Below, one piece after another: positions 1 through 11,992 of a stretch of 64,000 nt of DNA. The notes under the pieces are model-generated. The model did not search any database. It had not been told where the DNA came from and worked only from the letters and a program-made list of their open reading frames with translations. The stretch is from Lytechinus pictus (Eukaryota). The stretch covers positions 2,792,001-2,856,000 of the forward strand of contig NC_087251.1 of the NCBI RefSeq assembly GCF_037042905.1, given 5' to 3'. The translations under genes and the position numbers were made by a program. Position 1 is the stretch's first letter. The number at the start of each line of letters is the position of its first letter.

Positions 1-150
1 GGTTGAAATCAATTACTCATGGGATAAGTATATGACAGGTCAAAATCTTGCATTAAACAAGAAAATAAATCATTGGAGTATTTTGGAATAATATTTGAGT
101 AAAACGAGAAAAACTATATCCGATTGAATCCGCATATTCCTTAACGATTT

Positions 151-3023
151 CAGGGGTGGCAGAACTGGGGAGGGACAGTCTGGGGCACTTGCCCCCTCCC
201 ATTCTCCGCAGGAAAAAAGTGTTTTTTTTTTTTTCAAAATGGAAAATGCCTTTTTTAAATGAAATGTGCCCTTTTTCAAAATGAAATACCCTTTTTTCAG
301 CAAAACATACATATCAGGTTACAAAATCACAAAATGTGGGTAAGTAAGGTGCTCATCCTGTTTTCAGGTTGGAATATCAAAAATTTGGGGCTCGCGTTCT
401 CAATTATTGTTTAATAAGGAAATCATTCTATTTCTGGTTACAACAAATGCTAAGAATGGAAAATATATTTTCTTAAAAAATTAATAAAATTGTGCCCTTT
501 TCCATAATAAAATGTCCTTCTTTAAGTAAAACATAATGCATTTTAGGTTAGATAATTACAAATTTGTTTAGATCACGCTTCGCGCTCGCATCAATTAATG
601 TTGTTTAATAAGGTACTCATACTGTTCCTGGTTAATGTCTAGTCTTCAAGTTTGAATATGATCGCAAATTTTCAGCTCGCACTTCGCACTCGCATTATTC
701 GATTTGTGATATGTATCCTATTCATGAGTCACTAAATGCAGTCCTCAAGAAGTTACTCTGGTCAGTATATTAAATTTTCTTAAGTTAGATACACATCTTT
801 TCGAGATTAGAAAAACTGCTCGGAATGTTCATGTCTTATTACAATGTCCAAAAGTTTAAGCTTGCCAATCGCGCTTGCAACATTTCGAAAGGATGCCATT
901 TCAACAGAAATTAGCGCTCGCTCGCTCGCGGATAAGCCTAAATAAATATATTTTCTATCAGAAATCACTTAAAAATAGCTAATTTGCTCAACTTATTTAC
1001 TACAAAACACACAACTACTTCACGCAGATGAATATTTCACAAAGGCGGCGGAAGCGGGGGGGGGGGGACGCGTCCCCCAAAATTTCAGGTGGGGGAAAGT
1101 CCCCCCTCCCAAAAAAAAAGAGTAAGGAAAAAAGGAAGGAAGGAAGGAAGAAAGAAAGAGCGAAACAATGAGAAAAAAAGAAAGAAAATGAGGAGAAAGA
1201 AAGGAATAAAGATAGAAGAAAGAGGAAAGGAAAGGGATAAACGATAACAAGTGTAGGCCTAATGAACAACTGAAACAAGAACATTTGAAACCTATATAAA
1301 ATAGCGAAAAATTTCAATTTTTACTATGGAAAATAGTACACAAAGTTTAAACTTGTTTCTTATACGATTTTGTTCAGAAAAAAATTGATAAGCATTTTTT
1401 TCCGCACCAAAATGAAAGAGGTTTACATCAAATCTTTCCATTATATAATTCGGGAATCTGCTTATTACCCTTCATAATGCAATATTATAAGAAATTAACA
1501 AATAGTTACTATTCGTAGTGAAAAGACATGCAGGAAACACAAAAATATTCAGAATTTGCGTCTGAAAATGCGCCCAACTTTCGAAGCTCACTCTCTGCGC
1601 TAGGCCAATCTCGCATTTCATCACTTTTCCTAAAAACCCCTCATTTGCCACTGTCAAATTCAATTCGGTTGATTGCATACAAATTTCAAAGAAAATAGAA
1701 AAACTACATGAAATGGCCTACTTGGGAATTAATAAAATAAAATCGAATAAGAACTATCAAAATTATTATACAGCACGATTAATTATTGCACTTTAGGTTT
1801 ATATGGTACATCATCAGTGATATATATTTTTTTAATTTTATATATATCTAAAAGAAAAAAAAACATGGTTATTGGTTGTTGCCCGGTCTTATATCTTTAA
1901 ACAAAAAAATGTAATGACATTAACTTGACAATTTTAGAATGTTGATTTCAGATAAATAATATTTTCTTATACAAAATACCCTCTGGAAATATCAGAATTC
2001 TGAAGCTGCCAGTGGCTTTGCTCCCTGGACCCCACCCGCCGCGGTCTTTGCGCTACGCGAAGAATAAAAAACAGTGAGAAAAAAGGAAGAAGAGAAACAT
2101 TAGAGCAAGTTAAAAGAAAAAGAAATGTGAATAAAATAAGGGAAGGGGAATAATAGGAAAATTAAAAAAATCGGGTCTATAAAAAAATGAAAATGTTTAG
2201 CTCGCGCTTCGTGCTCGCATAAAATGTTTAGTTAGATACCCATCCTTTCCATGATTATCAAAAGTGCTTAGAATGTCCAAGTTTTGGTGGTGCAAAATCT
2301 GAACCGCGAGCCGATGCAAGTTACTCGCGTTTACACGCTATGAAAAAGCCGATGCTGCATCGGCTCGCGGTTCAGAACCGCGAGCCGATTCAAATGCCGA
2401 TTAAGTGTAAACACGGTATAAGTGTAAACACGGTATATCAGAGTTTTTCAGCTCGCGCTACGCGCTCGCATAAATCATTTATATAGATACCCATCCTAGC
2501 TGTTCAGGGTCACAAAAAGTGCTTAGAATCACAAGTTTTGGGTCGGAATATCAAAGATTTTCGGCACGCGCTTTGCGCGAGCCTATAATTAGATATTCAT
2601 CTTGTGCATGATTACTTAAAGTACATAGAATGTCCAAAGCTAACGTCAAAATATCAAAAATTTTCGCGCTCGTTTGAATAATTTATACACATGTAGATAC
2701 CCATCCTGTTCATGGTTACAAAATGTGCTTAGATTGTCCAGTTTGGGGTTTGGAATATCAAAAATTTTCAGCTTGGGCTTCGCACTCGCCTATAATTAGA
2801 TACCCATCTTGTTCATAATACTAAAAGTACTTAGAATGTCCAAATTTTAAGTCAAAACATCAATTTTTTTCAGCTCGCACTACACGCTCGCATAAAATGT
2901 TTATTTAGATACCCATCGTGTTCATGGTTCATGTTCATGGGGGGGGCATCATTTTTCGAAAAGTACACAAGGGCACCAAAATCAGGTCGGGCCCCCGGGT
3001 GCAGAATCCTGGACACACGCCTG
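151..3023. repeat. Cluster of hAT-like fragments with roughly 80-120 bp units containing GCTCGCGCTTCGCGCTCGC
   Basis: Motif recurs at 390-930 and 2200-2900 and is the reverse complement of the motif in 14592-15681; CAGGGG...CCTG-type ends. Confidence 0.55.
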
Positions 3024-3791
3024 CCATATCAGATATCTAATCTTGTTTGTAAAAACAAAAAACTAAGATGTACTTAAAACTTCAGAATTAAGTGGGGGCT
3101 ACCCCTTGAACAAAAAATAAAAAAAGTTAGGTTCATTGCCAAATTAAGATTGAGCGCGGGAGTAATGTACAAAGCTCGCAGTGGTTGCATGGGTTAGGCC
3201 TTTATGAGGCTATAATACGTTTGTACCAAATTATATTGTTCGGGTATGCACCATTGATTTTATATGAATATTTTTCTAACCATTACGTCATTGTAGGTAC
3301 GGGTCTAAAGGGGAATCCCGAAATTACCGGATCACATTAGTGGTGTGCGACCAAAGAGAATGTTCATCAACTTAGATTATTTCTGGGTCAAGAAATTTAG
3401 CATTTAAATGTATTTGCGGTGTTGAAAATATCAACCAAAATCATAGATTTAAAAAAAAATCGATGTCCAAATAATTTTTTTATGTTTATGTGATTTTATA
3501 AGTGAAAAGGGTTTCAAACCCATCCTGATTTCTCATAATATTTTGATTGAATGTGTTTGATAAACAAAAAACCTTATATTTGTCTATTAACTATAAATAC
3601 TGTAAATTCTCTTTTTTCTTTTCATTCAAACCCATAGGTGGATCCAGGGGGCGAGGGGCTATGGCGGAGCAAAACAAAATAAAAAATAGCAGGAAAGAAA
3701 GACAAAAAGGGGGATAGGAAGAAAAAAGGAAGAGGAAACTTGTTTGTTTGTTTGTACTTATTTCCATAAGTTATACAATGTTCAAATTTAA

Positions 3792-4388
3792 AGGACAAGT
3801 CCACCCCAACCGAAAGTTGATTTGAATAAAAAGAGAAAAATCAAACAAGCATAACACTGAAAATTTCATCAAAATCGGATGTAATAAGAAAGTTATATGA
3901 CATTTTAAAGTTTCTCTTAATTTCACAAAACAGTTATATGCACATCCTGGTCAGTATGCAAATGAGGAGACTTATGACATAATCCACTCACTATTTCTTT
4001 TGTATTTTATTATATGAAATATGAAATATTCTAATTTTTTCCTCATTGTCAAGTAAAATTATTATTAATTCTACCCTGAACATGTGGAATGAGCATTGTT
4101 AAATACTTCATGGTTTAGTCAAGTTACACCTTCTTGTCAAATTCTTGTAAAAAAAAATGAAATATTGTATAATTCAAACAATTAAAACCAAAAGAAATAG
4201 TGAGTGAAGGACATCATCGACTCTCTCATTTGCATGCCACTGAGTTGGGCATATACCTGTTTTGTGAAACTTCAAATTGTCGTAGCTTTCTTATTTTCCA
4301 TCCGATTTTGATGACATTTTCAGCGTTATGCTTGTTTAATTTTTCTCTGTTGATTAAAATCAACATTTTTCTGGGGTGGACTTGACCT
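3792..4388. mobile_element. TTAA-target MITE, family A (Kolobok/T2-like)
   Basis: TTAA-AGGACAAGTCCACCCC ... GGGGTGGACTTGACCT with long imperfect inverted arms. Confidence 0.85.
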
Positions 4389-4392
4389 TTTA

Positions 4393-6426
4393 GGGTGATT
4401 CCATACGTGTCGTACGGGACATTTAGAGAACATTTTACAGTTTTTCGACAAGAAAAACAAAAAAATATTCCTGTAACTTAAGGTGATCATCAAGTACTAT
4501 ACCAGAGTGTTAGGAAAACTAAGACTTAACATGACTTGAATTATCATCATGTATAATACAGATTTGAAATAGTAATGTGTCGTACGGGACACAGAATAAG
4601 TGGCTTAGTAACCTAAAGTTTGTACTCTAAAGTCTGTGAGTTGGCCAGATAATTTTTATAAAAACTAAAATTGATATTCAATTATCCAAGAACAAACACA
4701 TATGAAAGAAAGCAAAATAAACATTCATGAATACAGCAAATTTAAATTTTCGAGATCATTGTGGAGTACGGGACACTCAAAATGTGTCGTATATACGGAC
4801 ATCTCTAAATTGAAGCCAAACTTTCTTACTTTATGTCTCTTTGACTTCTTCAATCACTTTATTTGGCTGATGATAATGATAATCCTATCAAACTAAAGAC
4901 ATTTATTATGTTAGAAACCGCTATTGGCTGAATATTTCTGTCAATATATCATAAACAAAATACTGTGTCGTACGGGACACTTGTGTGTTGTACAGGCACT
5001 TGCATGTTTTACTGGACAGCCCGTACAATACAACGAACTATTTATCAATCAGAAAGGGAGCATTGCCCCTAAATTCTTCCTTTTTAATGAAAAGCCTCAT
5101 TAAGTAGTCATTCAGGACGATATAATTAAGTAACCTCATTCTATCCGTTATATATACGATTGGGAGCAATATATCATCATTTTGTCATGATGGGAAATGT
5201 AAAATGCTTCACAGAATTTTTAAGAGCTAAAAAACTTGAGGTTTTGTGTGAAGTTCAATTTTAGTGAATTAAGTGATGATTTCTTATACACTATTTAAAC
5301 CATGAATGAATGAAACTGTGCTTGTATAAATTATGGGGCTAAAATGTTATGATTTTTCATATAAAATGTATATATATGTCACAACTGTCTCTTGTAATTC
5401 CACAAAATATTTTTTTTTCTAAAGAAATGCGATTTTACTTTTTAAAACTTTTCTGCATTTCATGAAACCATTGCAAATGGTTTGTCTTATTTCCAGATTT
5501 TTTTTACAACTTGAGAAAAGTAAGGAGTTTCAATACTGTATATAAACAAGTTATAGTGATCATCAAGGGAGGTCCAAATAGATGATTGATATGTAAATAT
5601 ATATATACATTGTTTTACATCTTATAATGATTTCACAATAGCATGCAAGAGGAAATAATCTTCCATGCTATAGGGTAAATTAATTATAAAGGTTTTCTTT
5701 ATATGCTCAATGACAAAGAAATTAACCAGCTCTGACCAGTGAAAATCACCAGTTTAGCTGAAGGGATTCACAAAAGAATAGGCCTACATGAAGTCAATTA
5801 AAATGGTTAGAATCGCGTATTTCATGTTCTATGGAGAAAAAAACACCTATTCAGTTCAATTAATGTCAAATCAATTACTTAAATTGAAATAGGACAACTT
5901 TTAATAGGACAATTATTGAAAAATGAAGGGCAGTAATTAAATCTAATATAGGATAAATCGATCACCCATGGGTCAAAGATAGAGAAACTGATATTGTAAG
6001 ATTGCATCATCAAATATAAAAGTGCAGGAAAAACTTTTGCATTTTCATGTGTCGTACGGGACATTGCCAAAAAAAGGTTCGGAAAAATCAGGCTGCCCTT
6101 ATTATGGATCATGAAATGTTGTAGATATTATTTGGAACCATCAATGATACATTATTCCATTGACCTGCAATATTTTCAATCTTCTCGTGCTTTTCCAATA
6201 ATGGTTTCAGGCAGTATTTGTACTTGATATTTAATCATAAAAATTATTGAAAATTGAAAATTCCATTGTTTCCCCCCCAAAAAAATAATATGACTTCACT
6301 TTTGGTTAAAACTCATAATTTTCATAAGATTTAGGTATCATAGTAAAATATTACATTACTTAAGACTTATGAAAAAAAAAATTGAAAGCATGTTGAAATT
6401 TTTGAAGTTCTAGTGTGGAATCGCCC
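4393..6426. mobile_element. 2-kb non-autonomous DNA transposon with GGG(T/C)GATTCCA termini
   Basis: TIR GGGTGATTCCATAC / GTGTGGAATCGCCC; repeated GTGTCGTACGGGACA near 4407, 4577, 4965, 6049 plus degenerate copies. Confidence 0.7.
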
Positions 6427-6529
6427 TTTGACAAATCGTGTGCATCATAATAAATATGGAGGATTGCCCAATGAGAGGGATTACTACTGGATCTGTTCAT
6501 TCCCATGGGAGAGAAGTAATTTGTCAATT

Positions 6530-7081
6530 TTAAAAATCCAACAAACATAACACTGAAAATTTCATTAAAATCGGATGTAAAATTAGAAAGTTATGACATT
6601 TTAAAGTTTCGCTTAATTTCACAAAACAGTTATATATATGCACATCCTGGTAAGTATGCAAATGAGGAGACTGATGACGTCATCCACTCACTATTTCTTT
6701 TGTATATTATTATATGAAATATTCTAATTTTGTCCTCATTGTCAAGTGAGACAACGATTAATTCCTCCTGAACATGTGGAATTCGGATTGTTTAATTCTA
6801 TTTGGTTCAGTCAAGTTGAACCTCATTGTCAAATCTGTAAAAAATTAAATATTGTATAATTCAAACAATAAAAAACAAAAGAAATAGTGAGCGACATCAT
6901 CGACTCTCTCATTTGCATGTCACTGAGTTGTGCATATCACTGTTTTGTGAAAAAATAAGCGAAACTTTAAAATGCCATGCTTTCTTATTTTACATCCGAT
7001 TTTGATGAAATTTTCAGTGTTCTGCTAGGTTGATTTTTCTCTATTTATTCAAATAACATATTTCTGGGGTGGACTTGACCT
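6530..7081. mobile_element. Family A MITE, left end truncated
   Basis: Colinear with the 3792 copy; ends GGGGTGGACTTGACCT-TTAA. Confidence 0.85.
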
Positions 7082-7490
7082 TTAAGACTTATTTTTGGCG
7101 ATTTTTTTTTCAAATCCCATTGAACACATGAGTCTATGGGGAAAAAGTTAGTGGTGTGTGCCCGTCTGATTTTTTTTTTACAATAAAGACTGTGACGTAT
7201 ATTCAGTTAGAGGGAGCATTCATGCTCTGATCTCCGAGTACTGCATGATCTCTGATTTGGCTCTGATGATCCAGTCGCGAGTAACTAAACGGGGAACTAA
7301 ACCAATAAAATTGTATTTGTATCCGGGTTTGTATTTCTGTAACGTCTTACATCTGTTGCCTGGGCTCTGAAATTGCGGCCCGCGAGATAATAAAGAGAAG
7401 ATCCACAAAAAACTTCAAGTTAAACCAAAATAATGATAATAGTAATAAAATACTGTGCCAAATACTGCTTCTACAACAACAACAACTATA

Positions 7491-7654
7491 CACTGCAAAA
7501 ACACCGGTTTGGCGTTACGGGCTAACGGCAATAATTTGGCATTAATAGCAACACCAATTAGTGTTAAACCATTATTCTCTGATGTGGATCGATAAAGATC
7601 GAGCTGGTGTTAAATCAACACCTGTGTTTTTTGCCGGTTTTTTTTTTTGCAGTG
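7491..7654. mobile_element. Small CACT-ended MITE
   Basis: TA-CACTGCAAAAA ... TTTTTGCAGTG-TA. Confidence 0.7.
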
Positions 7655-8036
7655 TACTGCTACCACTATACCCAGTTGTTTGTCCGGACGATCTTTAGAA
7701 AGCCATTTGGAAAAAATTTACAAGCGAAGTTTCATCACTTTTTAGTACAAGGGTACAAATGTTAGGAAATATTATAGAGAACAAAATAGAAGATGATTAC
7801 AACTATTGAATTTATATTTTTAGTGTAATCCAATGAGGGACCAATCCACGGAGGATTAGTCTATTGTTACTGGGGGTGCTGAGCATTGTCACATGCAGCA
7901 CCCCGGCCCAGTAACACAAGATAATCCTCCGTGGCCAGGCCCATGTAATCCAAAGACAATGGACACTCGACCCCCCATCCTACTACTACTACTTGAGTTA
8001 ATAACCGTGAATTTTTTCCAAATTTATCTCCACAGT

Positions 8037-8050
8037 AAAAAAAAAAAAAA
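8037..8050 (-). terminator. Pol III oligo(T) terminator of tRNA-Ser
   Basis: A run on + (T run on -) beginning 2 nt after the tRNA 3' end. Confidence 0.85.
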
Positions 8051-8052
8051 CT

Positions 8053-8134
8053 CGACGAGGATGGGATTCGAACCCACGCGTGCAGAGCACAATGGATTAG
8101 CAGTCCATCGCCTTAACCACTCGGCCACCTCGTC
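8053..8134 (-). tRNA. tRNA-Ser (anticodon GCT), 82 nt, long variable arm
   Basis: Reverse complement reads GACGAGGTGGCCGAGTGGTTAAGGCGATGGACTGCTAATCCATTGTGCTCTGCACGCGTGGGTTCGAATCCCATCCTCGTCG. It has an acceptor stem, A box, GCT anticodon in a GATGGA/TCCATT stem, variable arm and GGTTCGAATCC B box. Confidence 0.97.
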
Positions 8135-9017
8135 TGAATGAAGACTAATCGTGACATATATTTCCTATATTCAAAATACTTATGGACATGTTGCCGAAAT
8201 CAACCTGGCTGTGCTCTTGTCCCGGCTCTTCACTTGTGCTGTACATTGACTTGATTATGCCGATTTAATTTGGTTACAGGTTTTAAATTATTTAATACTT
8301 AATAAGGTCATGGACCCTAGGCCTAGCCTAGGTCCATGATAAGGTTTATACTAGAATTACCAAGCTCGGCACGGCCTCGCTCCGTGACGTGAGCTGTGGC
8401 TGGACTCGAAAATAAAGTAAAAGCGAGATATATATATATCGAGAGGAGGCGGATTCCGACGTAGTCTCGGCTTTCAGACCTAATGATCGAATACACTGAC
8501 ATAAGGGGGGTACGGTATATAATATTATTCTATCATAAAATAGGGAGGAGGTCGGTCCCAGAGGTCGATCAGAAGACGATGGTCTCTACTTCCACGCTTC
8601 TAGGCCCAGGGAAAAAGTATGTTATTGGTGACATTTATCAAATGCTGTATAGGCCTACTAAGCCTAAGGTCTTTTTGGTACGCTTTCCTGGTAGTGGTAA
8701 CCACATCAGATTCTGGACCCATTATGGCATACATTCTATTTTTTCTGATGCTCCCGCGTTGAACTTGGAGTGGGGGACATCAGTTGACAGAAACCTAATA
8801 TGGAATTTCGACCTCAGTTCCAGATTTTTTTTAAAACAATTTTTATCAATTTCATAATATGCAAAAAAAAAAAATTCTCAGTTTGTGCTGAGATTCTTCG
8901 AAATTTGATTTCTATCTATAGTATTCTAAAAAATTTTTACCATGTTTTCCTTTCCTCTGCAGATGTCCCTTTCTAAAAATGTAATAAACGTTTTAATAGA
9001 CTTACTTTGGATTGACT

Positions 9018-9230
9018 CAGGGGCGGATCCAGGATTTTCCAAAGGGGTGGCGGGGCACATTTTCCCGATAAAATTTGACAAGCAAAAAAAAAGGAAAAAT
9101 AGGTCTTTGATTTCAGGGAGGGGGTACACTTGGGTCAAAATGCGTATGGCATATTTACATTAATTTTTTTTTATTATGGCTCTCAAGGGGGGGGGGGGCG
9201 AGCTGGATGTGCCCCCTGGATCTACCAGTG
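9018..9230. mobile_element. hAT-type MITE
   Basis: CAGGGGCGGATCCAGG ... CCTGGATCTACCAGTG with perfect 8-bp TSD GATTGACT. Confidence 0.85.
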
Positions 9231-9679
9231 GATTGACTATTATGTCGATCGCCCCGTAGGCCTATATATCTGTCCTCTCATCAAATTAATGAAAAACAGT
9301 ATTCTAATTTAGGGTTTCATTTGAGAAACAAATTATAAATTTAAGTCTAAATAACGATCACCTAGTCCCTCTGCAATACTGAGTGGGTCACTGACAAGGA
9401 ATTCTGTGTTATATTAAAGGGGGGGGGGGCGAGTGAGCTAGACAGAGCCTGTCCCAAATTGCTTTGAGATGTCTAAAGCTAACTGATTACGCGAGCAAAT
9501 AAAGCAAGCTAAAGCAAAGTCACGAAAATATGAAGAAGTCACTACTAGTAGTACCCTTTCAAATATAAAAGTCTTTTTTTTTTACTTGAGTAAAATATAT
9601 AGTCTAGGGTCTTGAGACAAATTTCCATTATTCCCTAAGTTTTCATTTTATTTGTTTGCGCCTTTTTTGGAGAATATGT

Positions 9680-9848
9680 TCCGGTTTCGGAGGCTAGCTA
9701 GCTATATATAACGTAGGCTGCGCAAACTGCAAGCGGTATAAAGTTAGAGAGCTGAGGTTACCAAACCGACTCTTTTTGGAAGTTTTATTTTCAGAACTAT
9801 TAGTCTCTAAAGATACCGGCGGATTTGCCTTATTCAATATTATAACAG
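9680..9848 (+). promoter_or_regulatory. Candidate promoter and non-coding first exon of MPP5
   Basis: Relatively CpG-rich, TE-free segment with TTCCGG and TATAAAG (9737) motifs and a strong donor CAG|GTTAGT at 9849. The next exon (17575) has an acceptor and a 5' UTR portion, so it needs an upstream exon. The start is approximate. Confidence 0.45.
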
Positions 9849-10982
9849 GTTAGTCGACCTTTTCTCTGAAGTATCACTAGTAAATAGATTATTAAGTTAC
9901 TTGAAGTTGATCGCGAAATGAGCGCTACGACTTTATTTTATTAATTCGATAAACGAATGATTGCTACCGTAGACTGTAACTGGGATTTAGCTTGCGTGCA
10001 ATTCGCACGAGTGTATCACAAAATTCTGATATATCCATTGGACTTGTGTGTAGGAAAATTGCATGCTTGTTTTATAGAAATGGCTTTGTGTGAAAACTGC
10101 TGTGACTGCAGTGTGAGTCGAGAGAATGAAGAAGATTCAGTGATTGATTAGATAAGATAAGATTGATTTTATTCATACACGGTTAAAAAGCCCAAACAGT
10201 TCACAGACTGATTTCCATTTGGGTCGTGTGGAACATAATTCCTAAATTATGCAAATGAAATGAAGTCTAAACTCTAATATAATAATAACGAAATACAAAG
10301 AACAAGTCGAAGAGATAGCACATTCCAGCCTCCAGGGGCGGTATTCTGAAAACGTTCTTATCTTTTTCTTATCTTTTGTTCTTATCTTTTATCTTGCTTT
10401 CCATCCTATGCTGAGCGCGTAAATTTATTACAGTATTTACACGCGCATAATACAAAAAATATTGTTAGTACACATATTTAATTGTACCCTATGGCTTGAT
10501 TGTTAATTGATTATTTTTCATTTTGGTGTCGAAGGGAGGGTGTTACCTAAGGAGGAAATCTACCAAGTTTCATATAATATATCCTCTTTTCTGGGAAATG
10601 AGAAAAAAAGTTCATGTTTTTGGTAACTGACGTTACATACCATATCACATACTTCATCAATATTTTTTATCAGATAAATGAATACTGGTGTTTCTTTCTA
10701 TGGGATTTTATAAAGTGTTATAATAGCAAGCTAAATCACAAGGGAAAACATAATCAAACCTGTTCTTTAAAAATCTGTCAAAACAAAATATGTATCAATA
10801 TACCATTTTCAACACTAATTTTTATCCATACTTTGGCGGCCATTCTGAAATAAAAAATGGCTGGCAGAGTCAGAAAAAAAAATTGTCCCAGAAACTTCAG
10901 GTCTTGTTTTATTAAAGCATTTGACATGAATATCAATTTGATTTTTTTGCCTCTGTGTCCATCTGTGGTGAAAATGCCCATA

Positions 10983-11200
10983 GTAATAATTATTATTATT
11001 ATTATCAATCATTATCCTCATCATAATCATCATCAACGTTATCACTATGATTGTCCTTATCATAATCTTTATCATCGTGGTCATCGTTATTATCCTCATC
11101 ATCATCATCATCATCCTTCTCCTCTTCCTCTTCGTCATCATCATCCTTATAATCAACGTAGACATTATCACCAAGACTATCCATATCTCAATGGCTATTA
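10983..11200. repeat. Degenerate (CAT/TAT)n microsatellite
   Basis: Directly visible. Confidence 0.9.
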
Positions 11201-11992
11201 GTGTCATGGTCAAAATTCATTTGTAATAAGTCATTTCATATACATGTACATGTACGTTGCTTAAGAAAACTGAGACGACAGACGACCTAATTCATCATGA
11301 CGAATTAAAATATGGACAGTATTTATTTTGTATTTCTTTGAGGAAATGAAAAAAAATAAGACAGGAATCCACATATGGCAGTATGATGTACATAAACTGG
11401 TGAAAATGACTGACATTCAAGCGCATAATTTGTTATCCATTTTGTTCTGTTTGCGACGTGATTGATTTATACATGGCAATTCTGCAGTAGAGTACTTGTA
11501 ACTATAAGTGTAAATGGTGCAAACAGAACAAAATGGATGCGCTCTTGCAACCTGGACTATAACGTTTTTAACTGATGAATTCAAACAAGAAAATTGTGAA
11601 ATCCTGCTTGGTACATATACTATTATTTTCATGCTTCTTTGTGAATTTAAGGTTTGGAAATATATTATCATATAAAATTTTTGATATATAAGGCCTGAAA
11701 AATGGTTGATATTCATAGTCTTTGGTGACACTATTTCTTTATTTTGGCGGGACACTAGTTACCACCAAAAAACTCTGGCCTTGTTAAAATCTGTCACAAA
11801 ATTAAATTTTCAGTTTAAAAGGTAATTTTGTTGTCTCTCCTGCATAGCAGAGTGAGACTAATAGGCGCCGCTTTTCTGGCGTCGTCAACATCAAATCTTA
11901 ACCGAAGGTTAAGTTTTGAAACAACATCATAACTTAGAAAGTATTTGGACCTGCATGTACATGTAGTTACGTAGTTAATGAAACTTGGACAT

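Noticed and set aside
8483..8857. 124-aa ORF near the tRNA
   Set aside because: No recognisable domain or supporting splice structure; likely a chance ORF.
10778..11213. His-, Ile- or Met-rich ORFs
   Set aside because: Translations of a triplet microsatellite.
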